Source: Eledone cirrhosa
Lineage: Eukaryota
Direction: 5' to 3'
Length of the DNA: 64,000 nt
NCBI GenBank assembly: GCA_964016885.1
Contig: OZ024741.1
Coordinates: 67,332,001-67,396,000 of the forward strand
Shown: positions 1 through 12,000 of the stretch, piece by piece
Layout of the letters: the number at the start of each line of letters is the position of its first letter
Numbering within the stretch: position 1 is the stretch's first letter
Translations under genes and position numbers: made by a program
Notes under the pieces: generated by a model
The model's database searches: none
What the model was told of the DNA's origin: nothing
Seen by the model: only the letters and a program-made list of their open reading frames with translations

Positions 1-3000
1 TGGTATTTATGTTGGTGTTGGTTGTGGTAGTGGTGGTGGTTACGTTGGTGTTGGTTGTGGTAGTGGTGGTGGTTACGTTGGTGTTGGTTGTGGTAGTGGT
101 GGTGGTTACGTTGGTGTGGGTTGTAGTAATAGTAGTGGTTATGTTGGTGTTGGTTGTGGTAGTGGTGGTGGTTATGTTGGTGTTGGTTGTGTTAGTGGTG
201 GTGGTTACGTTGGTGTTGGTTGTGGTAGTGGTGGTGGTTACGTTGGTGTGGGTTGTGGTGGTGGTGGTGGTTACGTTGGTGTGGGTTGTGGTAGTGGTGG
301 TGGTTATGTTGGTGTGGGTTGTAGTAATAGTAGTGGTTATGTTGGTGTTGGTTGTGGTAGTGGTGGTGGTTATGTTTGTGTTGGTTGTGGTAGTGGTGCT
401 GGTTATGTTGGTGTTGGTTGTGGTAGTGGTGCTGGTTACGTTGGTGTGGGTTGTGGTGGGGGTGATGGTTACGTTGGTGTTGGTTGTGGTAGTGGTGGTG
501 GTTACGTTGGTGTGGGTTGTGGTAGTGGTGGTGGTTACGTTGGTGTTGGTTGTGGTAGTGGTGGTGGTTACGTTGGTGTGGGTTGTGGTAGTGGTGGTGG
601 TAACGTTGGTGTTGGTTGTGGTAGTGGTGGTGGTTACGTTGGTGTTGGTTGTGGTAGTGGTGGTGGTTACGTTGGTGTTGGTTGTGGTAGTGGTGGTGGT
701 TACGTTGGTGTGGGTTGTGGTAGTGGTGGTGGTTACGTTGGTGTTGGTTGTGGTAGTGGTGGTGGTTACGTTGGTGTGGGTTGTGGTAGTGGTGGTGGTT
801 ACGTTGGTGTTGGTTGTGGTAGTGGTGGTGGTTACGTTGGTGTGGGTTGTGGTAGTGGTGGTGTTTACGTTGGTGTGGGTTGTGGTAGTGGTGGTGGTTA
901 CGTTGATGTTGGTTGTGGTGGTGGTGCTGGTTATGTTGGTGTTGGTTGTGGTAGTGGTGGTGGTTACGTTGGTGTGGGTTGTGGTAGTGGTGGTGGTTAC
1001 GTTGGTGTTGGTTGTGGTAGTGGTGCTGGTTATGTTGGTGTTGGTTGTGGTAGTGGTGGTGGTTATGTTGGTGTTGGTTGTGGTAGTGGTGGTGGTTACG
1101 TTGGTGTGGGTTGTAGTAGTGGTGGTGGTTACGTTGGTGTTCGTTGTGGTAGTGGTGCTGGTTATGTTGGTGGTGGTTGTGGTAGTGGTGGTATTTATGT
1201 TGGTGTTGGTTGTGGTAGTGGTGGTGGTTACGTTGGTGTTGGTTGTGGTATTGGTGGTGGTTACGTTGGTGTGGGTTGTGGTAGTGGTGGTTACGTTGGT
1301 GTGGGTTGTGGTAGTGGTGGTGGTTACGTTGGTGTGGGTTGTAGTAATAGTAGTGGTTATGTTGGTGTTGGTTGTGGTAGTGGTGGTGGTTATGTTTGTG
1401 TTGGTTGTGGTAGTGGTGCTGGTTATGTTGGTGTTGGTTGTGGTAGTGGTGCTGGTTATGTTGGTGTTGGTTGTGGTAGTGGTGGTGGTTACGTTGGTGT
1501 TGGTTGTGGTAGTGGTGGTGGTTACGTTGGTGTGGGTTGTGGTAGTGGTGGTGGTTACGTTGGTGTGGGTTGTGGTAGTGGTGGTGGTTATGTTGGTGTT
1601 GGTTGTGGTAGTGGTGGTGGTTACGTTGGTGTGGGTTGTGGTAGTGGTGCTGGTTATGTTGGTGTTGGTTGTGGTAGTGGTGGTGGTTATGTTGGTGTTG
1701 GTTGTGGTAGTGGTGGTGGTTACGTTGGTGTTGGTTGTGGTAGTGGTGGTGGTTACGTTGGTGTGGGTTGTGGTAGTGGTGGTGGTTACGTTGGTGTGGG
1801 TTGTGGTAGTGGTGGTGGTTACGTTGGTGTGGGTTGTGGTAGTGGTGCTGGTTACGTTGGTGTTGGTTGTGGTAGTGGTGGTGGTTACGTTGGTGTGGGT
1901 TGTGGTAGTGGTGGTGGTTACGTTGGTGTGGGTTGTGGTAGTGGTGGTGGTTACGTTGGTGTGGGTTGTGGTAGTGGTGGTGGTTACGTTGGTGTGGGTT
2001 GTGGTAGTGGTGCTGGTTACGTTGGTGTTGGTTGTGGTAGTGGTGGTGGTTACGTTGGTGTGGGTTGTGGTAGTGGTGGTGGTTACTTTGGTGTGGGTTG
2101 TGGTGGTGGTTACGTTGGTGTTGGTTGTGGTAGTGGTGGTGGTTACGTTGGTGTTGGTTGTGGTAGTGGTGCTGGTTACGTTGGTGTTGGTTGTGGTAGT
2201 GGTGGTGGTTACGTTGGTGTTGGTTGTGGTAGTGGTGGTGGTTACGTTGGTGTTGGTTGTGGTAGTGGTGGTGGTTACGTTGGTGTGGGTTGTGGTAGTG
2301 GTGGTGGTTACGTTGGTGTTGGTTGTGGTAGTGGTGGTGGTTACGTTGGTGTTGGTTGTGGTAGTGGTGGTGGTTACGTTGGTGTGGGTTGTGGTAGTGG
2401 TGGTGGTTACGTTGGTGTTGGTTGTGGTAGTGGTGGTGGTTACGTTGGTGTTGGTTGTGGTAGTGGTGGTGGTTACGTTGGTGTTGGTTGTGGTAGTGGT
2501 GGTGGTTACGTTGGTGTGGGTCGTGGTAGTGGTGGTGGTTACATTGGTGTTGGTTGTGGTAGTGGTGGTGGTTACGTTGGTGTTGGTTGTGGTAGTGGTG
2601 GTGGTTACGTTGGTGTTGGTTGTGGTAGTGGTGGTGGTTACGTTGGTGTGGGTTGTGGTAGTGGTGGTGGTTACGTTGGTGTTGGTTGTGGTAGTGGTGG
2701 TGGTTACGTTGGTGTGGGTTGTGGTAGTGGTGGTGGTTACGTTGGTGTTGGTTGTGGTAGTGGTGGTGGTTACGTTGGTGTTGGTTGTGGTAGTGGTGGT
2801 GGTTACGTTGGTGTTGGTTGTGGTAGTGGTGGTGGTTACGTTGGTGTGGGTTGTGGTAGTGGTGGTGGTTACGTTGGTGTTGGTTGTGGTAGTGGTGGTG
2901 GTTACGTTGGTGTGGGTTGTGGTAGTGGTGGTGGTTACGTTGGTGTTGGTTGTGGTAGTGGTGGTGGTTACGTTGGTGTGGGTTGTGGTAGTGGTGGTGT

Positions 3001-6000
3001 TTACGTTGGTGTGGGTTGTGGTAGTGGTGGTGGTTACGTTGGTGTTGGTTGTGGTGGTGGTGCTGGTTATGTTGGTGTTGGTTGTGGTAGTGGTGGTGGT
3101 TACGTTGGTGTGGGTTGTGGTAGTGGTGGTGGTTACGTTGGTGTTGGATGTGGTAGTGGTGCTGGTTATGTTGGTGTTGGTTGTGGTAGTGGTGGTGGTT
3201 ATGTTGGTGTTGGTTGTGGTAGTGGTGGTGGTTACGTTGGTGTGGGTTGTAGTAGTGGTGGTGGTTACGTTGGTGTTGGTTGTGGTAGTGGTGCTGGTTA
3301 TGTTGGTGTTGGTTGTGGTAGTGGTGGTATTTATGTTGGTGTTGGTTGTGGTAGTGGTGGTGGTTACGTTGGTGTTGGTTGTGGTAGTGGTGGTGGTTAC
3401 GTTGGTGTTGGTTGTGGTAGTGGTGGTGGTTACGTTGGTGTGGGTTGTGGTAGTGGTGGTGGTTACGTTGGTGTGGGTTGTAGTAATAGTAGTGGTTATG
3501 TTGGTGTTGGTTGTGGTAGTGGTGGTGGTTATGTATGTGTTGGTTGTGGTAGTGGTGCTGGTTATGTTGGTGTTGGTTGTGGTAGTGGTGCTGGTTATGT
3601 TGGTGTTGGTTGTGGTAGTGGTGGTGGTTACGTTGGTGTTGGTTGTGGTAGTGGTGGTGGTTACGTTGGTGTGGGTTGTGGTAGTGGTGGTGGTTACGTT
3701 GGTGTGGGTTGTGGTAGTGGTGGTGGTTATGTTGGTGTTGGTTGTGGTAGTGGTGGTGGTTACGTTGGTGTGGGTTGTGGTAGTGGTGCTGGTTATGTTG
3801 GTGTTGGTTGTGGTAGTGGTGGTGGTTATGTTGGTGTTGGTTGTGGTAGTGGTGGTGGTTACGTTGGTGTTGGTTGTGGTAGTGGTGGTGGTTACGTTGG
3901 TGTGGGTTGTGGTGGTGGTGGTGGTTACGTTGGTGTGGGTTGTGGTAGTGGTGGTGGTTATGTTGGTGTGGGTTGTAGTAATAGTAGTGGTTATGTTGGT
4001 GTTGGTTGTGGTAGTGGTGGTGGTTATGTTTGTGTTGGTTGTGGTAGTGGTGCTGGTTATGTTGGTGTTGGTTGTGGTAGTGGTGCTGGTTACGTTGGTG
4101 TGGGTTGTGGTGGGGGTGATGGTTACGTTGGTGTTGGTTGTGGTAGTGGTGGTGGTTACGTTGGTGTGGGTTGTGGTAGTGGTGGTGGTTACGTTGGTGT
4201 TGGTTGTGGTAGTGGTGGTGGTTACGTTGGTGTGGGTTGTGGTAGTGGTGGTGGTAACGTTGGTGTTGGTTGTGGTAGTGGTGGTGGTTACGTTGGTGTT
4301 GGTTGTGGTAGTGGTGGTGGTTACGTTGGTGTTGGTTGTGGTAGTGGTGGTGGTTACGTTGGTGTGGGTTGTGGTAGTGGTGGTGGTTACGTTGGTGTTG
4401 GTTGTGGTAGTGGTGGTGGTTACGTTGGTGTGGGTTGTGGTAGTGGTGGTGGTTACGTTGGTGTTGGTTGTGGTGGTGGTGGTGGTTACGTTGGTGTGGG
4501 TTGTGGTAGTGGTGGTGTTTACGTTGGTGTGGGTTGTGGTAGTGGTGGTGGTTACGTTGGTGTTGGTTGTGGTGGTGGTGCTGGTTATGTTGGTGTTGGT
4601 TGTGGTAGTGGTGGTGGTTACGTTGGTGTGGGTTGTGGTAGTGGTGGTGGTTACGTTGGTGTTGGTTGTGGTAGTGGTGCTGGTTATGTTGGTGTTGGTT
4701 GTGGTAGTGGTGGTGGTTATGTTGGTGTTGGTTGTGGTAGTGGTGGTGGTTACGTTGGTGTGGGTTGTAGTAGTGGTGGTGGTTACGTTGGTGTTGGTTG
4801 TGGTAGTGGTGCTGGTTATGTTGGTGGTGGTTGTGGTAGTGGTGGTATTTATGTTGGTGTTGGTTGTGGTAGTGGTGGTGGTTACGTTGGTGTTGGTTGT
4901 GGTAGTGGTGGTGGTTACGTTGGTGTGGGTTGTGGTAGTGGTGGTGGTTACGTTGGTGTGGGTTGTGGTAGTGGTGGTGGTTACGTTGGTGTGGGTTGTA
5001 GTAATAGTAGTGGTTATGTTGGTGTTGGTTGTGGTAGTGGTGGTGGTTATGTTTGTGTTGGTTGTGGTAGTGGTGCTAGTTATGTTGGTGTTGGTTGTGG
5101 TAGTGGTGCTGGTTATGTTGGTGTTGGTTGTGGTAGTGGTGGTGGTTACGTTGGTGTTGGTTGTGGTAGTGGTGGTGGTTACGTTGGTGTGGGTTGTGGT
5201 AGTGGTGGTGGTTACGTTGGTGTGGGTTGTGGTAGTGGTGGTGGTTATGTTGGTGTTGGTTGTGGTAGTGGTGGTGGTTACGTTGGTGTGGGTTGTGGTA
5301 GTGGTGCTGGTTATGTTGGTGTTGGTTGTGGTAGTGGTGGTGGTTATGTTGGTGTTGGTTGTGGTAGTGGTGGTGGTTACGTTGGTGTTGGTTGTGGTAG
5401 TGGTGGTGGTTACGTTGGTGTGGGTTGTGGTAGTGGTGGTGGTTACGTTGGTGTGGGTTGTGGTAGTGGTGGTGGTTATGTTGGTGTGGGTTGTAGTAAT
5501 AGTAGTGGTTATGTTGGTGTTGGTTGTGGTAGTGGTGGTGGTTATGTTTGTGTTGGTTGTGGTAGTGGTGCTGGTTATGTTGGTGTTGGTTGTGGTAGTG
5601 GTGCTGGTTACGTTGGTGTGGGTTGTGGTGGGGGTGATGGTTATGTTGGTGTTGGTTGTGGTAGTGGTGGTGGTCATGTTGGTGTTGTTTGTAGTAGTGG
5701 TAGTGGTTATGTTGGTGTTGGTTGTGGTAGTTGTGGTGGTCATGTTGGTGTTGGTTGTGGTAGTGGTGGTGGTTATGTTGGTGTTAGTTGTGGTAGTGGT
5801 AGTGGTTATGTTGGTGTTGGTTGTGGTAGTGGTGGTGGTTATATTGGTGTTGGTTGTGGTAGTGGTGGTGGTTATGTTAGTGTTGGTTGTGGTAGTGGTG
5901 GTGGTTATGTTGGTGTTGGTTGTGGTAGTGGTGCTGGTTATGTTGGTGTTGTTTGTGGTAGTGGTGCTGGTTATGTTGGTGTTGCTTGTGGTAGTGGTGG

Positions 6001-9000
6001 TGGTTATATTGGTGTTGGTTGTGGTAGTGGTGGTGGTTATGTTAGTGTTGGTTGTGGTAGTGGTGGTGGTTATGTTGGTGTTGGTTGTGGTAGTGGTGGT
6101 GGTTATGTTGGTGTTGGTTGTGGTATTGGTGCTGGTTATGTTGGTGTTGGTTGTGGTAGTGGTGGTGGTTACGTTGGTGTTGGTTGTGGTAGTGGTGGTG
6201 GTTACGTTGGTGTGGGTTGTGGTAGTGGTGGTGGTTACGTTGGTGTGGGTTGTAGTAATAGTAGTGGTTATGTTGGTGTTGGTTGTGGTAGTGGTGGTGG
6301 TTATGTTTGTGTTGGTTGTGGTAGTGGTGCTGGTTATGTTGGTGTTGGTTGTGGTAGTGGTGCTGGTTATGTTGGTGTTGGTTGTGGTAGTGGTGGTGGT
6401 TACGTTGGTGTTGGTTGTGGTAGTGGTGGTGGTTACGTTGGTGTGGGTTGTGGTAGTGGTGGTGGTTACGTTGGTGTGGGTTGTGGTAGTGGTGGTGGTT
6501 ATGTTGGTGTTGGTTGTGGTAGTGGTGGTGGTTACGTTGGTGTGGGTTGTGGTAGTGGTGCTGGTTATGTTGGTGTTGGTTGTGGTAGTGGTGGTGGTTA
6601 TGTTGGTGTTGGTTGTGGTAGTGGTGGTGGTTACGTTGGTGTTGGTTGTGGTAGTGGTGGTGGTTACGTTGGTGTGGGTTGTGGTGGTGGTGGTGGTTAC
6701 GTTGGTGTGGGTTGTGGTAGTGGTGGTGGTTATGTTGGTGTGGGTTGTAGTAATAGTAGTGGTTATGTTGGTGTTGGTTGTGGTAGTGGTGCTGGTTATG
6801 TTGGTGTTGGTTGTGGTAGTGGTGGTGGTTACGTTGGTGTTGGTTGTGGTAGTGGTGGTGGTTACGTTGGTGTGGGTTGTGGTAGTGGTGGTGGTTACGT
6901 TGGTGTGGGTTGTGGTAGTGGTGGTGGTTATGTTGGTGTTGGTTGTGGTAGTGGTGGTGGTTACGTTGGTGTGGGTTGTGGTAGTGGTGCTGGTTATGTT
7001 GGTGTTGGTTGTGGTAGTGGTGGTGGTTATGTTGGTGTTGGTTGTGGTAGTGGTGGTGGTTACGTTGGTGTTGGTTGTGGTAGTGGTGGTGGTTACGTTG
7101 GTGTGGGTTGTGGTGGTGGTGGTGGTTACGTTGGTGTGGGTTGTGGTAGTGGTGGTGGTTATGTTGGTGTGGGTTGTAGTAATAGTAGTGGTTATGTTGG
7201 TGTTGGTTGTGGTAGTGGTGGTGGTTATGTTTGTGTTGGTTGTGGTAGTGGTGCTGGTTATGTTGGTGTTGGTTGTGGTAGTGGTGCTGGTTACGTTAAT
7301 GTGGGTTGTGGTGGGGGTGATGGTTACGTTGGTGTTGGTTGTGGTAGTGGTGGTGGTTACGTTGGTGTGGGTTGTGGTAGTGGTGGTGGTTACGTTGGTG
7401 TTGGTTGTGGTAGTGGTGGTGGTTACGTTGGTGTGGGTTGTGGTAGTGGTGGTGGTAACGTTGGTGTTGGTTGTGGTAGTGGTGGTGGTTACGTTGGTGT
7501 TGGTTGTGGTAGTGGTGGTGGTTACGTTGGTGTTGGTTGTGGTAGTGGTGGTGGTTACGTTGGTGTGGGTTGTGGTAGTGGTGGTGGTTACGTTGGTGTT
7601 GGTTGTGGTAGTGGTGGTGGTTACGTTGGTGTGGGTTGTGGTAGTGGTGGTGGTTACGTTGGTGTTGGTTGTGGTAGTGGTGGTGGTTACGTTGGTGTGG
7701 GTTGTGGTAGTGGTGGTGTTTACGTTGGTGTGGGTTGTGGTAGTGGTGGTGGTTACGTTGGTGTTGGTTGTTGTGGTGGTGCTGGTTATGTTGGTGTTGG
7801 TTGTGGTAGTGGTGGTGGTTACGTTGGTGTGGGTTGTGGTAGTGGTGGTGGTTACGTTGGTGTTGGTTGTGGTAGTGGTGCTGGTTATGTTGGTGTTGGT
7901 TGTGGTAGTGGTGGTGGTTATGTTGGTGTTGGTTGTGGTAGTGGTGGTGGTTACGTTGGTGTGGGTTGTAGTAGTGGTGGTGGTTACGTTGGTGTTGGTT
8001 GTGGTAGTGGTGCTGGTTATGTTGGTGGTGGTTGTGGTAGTGGTGGTATTTATGTTGGTGTTGGTTGTGGTAGTGGTGGTGGTTACGTTGGTGTTGGTTG
8101 TGGTAGTGGTGGTGGTTACGTTGGTGTGGGTTGTGGTAGTGGTGGTGGTTACGTTGGTGTGGGTTGTGGTAGTGGTGGTGGTTACGTTGGTGTGGGTTGT
8201 AGTAATAGTAGTGGTTATGTTGGTGTTGGTTGTGGTAGTGGTGGTGGTTATGTTTGTGTTGGTTGTGGTAGTGGTGCTGGTTATGTTGGTGTTGGTTGTG
8301 GTAGTGGTGCTGGTTATGTTGGTGTTGGTTGTGGTAGTGGTGGTGGTTACGTTGGTGTTGGTTGTAGTAGTGGTGGTGGTTACGTTGGTGTGGGTTGTGG
8401 TAGTGGTGGTGGTTACGTTGGTGTGGGTTGTGGTAGTGGTGGTGGTTATGTTGGTGTTGGTTGTGGTAGTGGTGGTGGTTACGTTGGTGTGGGTTGTGGT
8501 AGTGGTGCTGGTTATGTTGGTGTTGGTTGTGGTAGTGGTGGTGGTTATGTTGGTGTTGGTTGTGGTAGTGGTGGTGGTTACGTTGGTGTTGGTTGTGGTA
8601 GTGGTGGTGGTTACGTTGGTGTGGGTTGTGGTAGTGGTGGTGGTTACGTTGGTGTGGGTTGTGGTAGTGGTGGTGGTTATGTTGGTGTGGGTTGTAGTAA
8701 TAGTAGTGGTTATGTTGGTGTTGGTTGTGGTAGTGGTGGTGGTTATGTTTGTGTTGGTTGTGGTAGTGGTGCTGGTTATGTTGGTGTTGGTTGTGGTAGT
8801 GGTGCTGGTTACGTTGGTGTGGGTTGTGGTGGGGGTGATGGTTATGTTGGTGTTGGTTGTGGTAGTGGTGGTGGTCATGTTGGTGTTGTTTGTAGTAGTG
8901 GTAGTGGTTATGTTGGTGTTGGTTGTGGTAGTTGTGGTGGTCATGTTGGTGTTGGTTGTAGTAGTGGTGGTGGTTATGTTGGTGTTAGTTGTGGTAGTGG

Positions 9001-12000
9001 TAGTGGTTATGTTGGTGTTGGTTGTGGTAGTGGTGGTGGTTATATTGGTGTTGGTTGTGGTAGTGGTGGTGGTTATGTTAGTGTTGGTTGTGGTAGTGGT
9101 GGTGGTTATGTTGGTGTTGGTTGTGGTAGTGGTGCTGGTTATGTTGGTGTTGTTTGTGGTAGTGGTGCTGGTTATGTTGGTGTTGCTTGTGGTAGTGGTG
9201 GTGGTTATATTGGTGTTGGTTGTGGTAGTGGTGGTGGTTATGTTAGTGTTGGTTGTGGTAGTGGTGCTGGTTATGTTGGTGTTGGTTGTGGTAGTGGTGG
9301 TGGTTATGTTGGTGTTGGTTGTGGTATTGGTGCTGGTTATGTTGGTTTTGGTTGTGGTAGTGGTGCTGGTTATGTTGGTGTTGGTTGTGGTAGTGGTGGT
9401 GGTTATGTTGGTGTTGGTTGTGGTAGTGGTGCTGGTTATGTTGGTGTTGATTGTGGTAGTGGTGGTGGTTATGTTGGTGTTGGTTGTGGTAGTGGTGGTG
9501 GTTATGTTGGTGTTGGTTGTGGTAGTGGTGGTGGTTATGTTGGTGTTGGTTGTGGTAGTGGTGCTGGTTATGTTGGTGTTGGTTGTGGAAGTGGTGGTGG
9601 TTATGTTGGTGTGGATCGTGGTAGTGGTGGTGGTTATGTTGGTGTTGGTTGTGGTAGTGGTGCTGGTTATGTTGGTGTTTGTTGTGGTAGTGGTGCTGGT
9701 TATGTTGGTGTTGGTCGTAGTAGTGGTGCTGGTTATGTTGGTGTTGGTTGTGGTAGTGGTGGTGGTTATGTTGGTGTTGTTTGTGGTAGTGGTGGTGGTT
9801 ACGTTGGTGTTGGTTGTGGTAGTGGTGCTGGTTATGTTGGTGTTGGTTGTGGTAGTGGTGGTGGTCATGTTGGTGTTGGTTGTGGTACTGGTGGTGGTCA
9901 TGTTGGTGTTGGTTGTGGTAGTGGTAGTGGTTATGTTGGTATTTGTCGTGGTAGTGGTAGTGGTTATGTTGGTGTTGGTTGTGGTAGTGGTGGTGGTTAT
10001 GTTGGTGTTGGTTGTGGTAGTGGTGGTGGTTATGTTGGTGTTGGTTGTGGTAGTGGTGGTGGTTATGTTGGTGTTGGTTGTGGTAGTGGTGGTGGTTATG
10101 TTGGTGTTGGTTCTGGTAGTGGTAGTGGTTATGTTGGTGTTGGTTGTGGAAGTGGTAGTGGTTATGTTGGTGTTGGTTGTGGTAGTGGTGGTGGTTATGT
10201 TTGTGTTGGTTGTGGTAGTGGTGCTGGTTATGTTGGTGTTGGTTGTGGTAGTGGTGCTGGTTATGTTGGTGTTGGTTGTGGTAGTGGTGGTGGTTACGTT
10301 GTTGTTGGTTGTGGTAGTGGTGGTGGTTACGTTGGTGTGGGTTGTGGTAGTGGTGGTGGTTACGTTGGTGTGGGTTGTGGTAGTGGTGGTGGTTATGTTG
10401 GTGTTGGTTGTGGTAGTGGTGGTGGTTACGTTGGTGTGGGTTGTGGTAGTGGTGCTGGTTATGTTGGTGTTGGTTGTGGTAGTGGTGGTGGTTATGTTGG
10501 TGTTGGTTGTGGTAGTGGTGGTGGTTACGTTGGTGTTGGTTGTGGTAGTGGTGGTGGTTACGTTGGTGTGGGTTGTGGTAGTGGTGGTGGTTACGTTGGT
10601 GTGGGTTGTGGTAGTGGTGGTGGTTATGTTGGTGTGGGTTGTAGTAATAGTAGTGGTTATGTTGGTGTTGGTTGTGGTAGTGGTGGTGGTTATGTTTGTG
10701 TTGGTTGTGGTAGTGGTGCTGGTTATGTTGGTGTTGGTTGTGGTAGTGGTGCTGGTTACGTTGGTGTGGGTTGTGTTGGGGGTGATGGTTATGTTGGTGT
10801 TGGTTGTGGTAGTGGTGGTGGTCATGTTGGTGTTGTTTGTAGTAGTGGTAGTGGTTATGTTGGTGTTGGTTGTGGTAGTTGTGGTGGTCATGTTGGTGTT
10901 GGTTGTAGTAGTGGTGGTGGTTATGTTGGTGTTAGTTGTGGTAGTGGTAGTGGTTATGTTGGTGTTGGTTGTGGTAGTGGTGGTGGTTATATTGGTGTTG
11001 GTTGTGGTAGTGGTGGTGGTTATGTTAGTGTTGGTTGTGGTAGTGGTGGTGGTTATGTTGGTGTTGGTTGTGGTAGTGGTGCTGGTTATGTTGGTGTTGT
11101 TTGTGGTAGTGGTGCTGGTTATGTTGGTGTTGCTTGTGGTAGTGGTGGTGGTTATATTGGTGTTGGTTGTGGTAGTGGTGGTGGTTATGTTAGTGTTGGT
11201 TGTGGTAGTGGTGCTGGTTATGTTGGTGTTGGTTGTGGTAGTGGTGGTGGTTATGTTGGTGTTGGTTGTGGTATTGGTGCTGGTTATGTTGGTGTTGGTT
11301 GTGGTAGTGGTGCTGGTTATGTTGGTGTTGGTTGTGGTAGTGGTGGTGGTTATGTTGGTGTTGGTTGTGGTAGTGGTGCTGGTTATGTTGGTGTTGATTG
11401 TGGTAGTGGTGGTGGTTATGTTGGTGTTGGTTGTGGTAGTGGTGGTGGTTATGTTGGTGTTGGTTGTGGTAGTGGTGGTGGTTATGTTGGTGTTGGTTGT
11501 GGTAGTGGTGCTGGTTATGTTGGTGTTGGTTGTGGAAGTGGTGGTGGTTATGTTGGTGTGGATCGTGGTAGTGGTGGTGGTTATGTTGGTGTTGGTTGTG
11601 GTAGTGGTGCTGGTTATGTTGGTGTTTGTTGTGGTAGTGGTGCTGGTTATGTTGGTGTTGGTCGTAGTAGTGGTGCTGGTTATGTTGGTGTTGGTTGTGG
11701 TAGTGGTGGTGGTTATGTTGGTGTTGTTTGTGGTAGTGGTGGTGGTTACGTTGGTGTTGGTTGTGGTAGTGGTGCTGGTTATGTTGGTGTTGGTTGTGGT
11801 AGTGGTGGTGGTCATGTTGGTGTTGGTTGTGGTACTGGTGGTGGTCATGTTGGTGTTGGTTGTGGTATTGGTGCTGGTTATGTTGGTGTTGGTTGTGGTA
11901 GTGGTGCTGGTTATGTTGGTGTTGGTTGTGGTAGTGGTGGTGGTTATGTTGGTGTTGGTTGTGGTAGTGGTGCTGGTTATGTTGGTGTTGATTGTGGTAG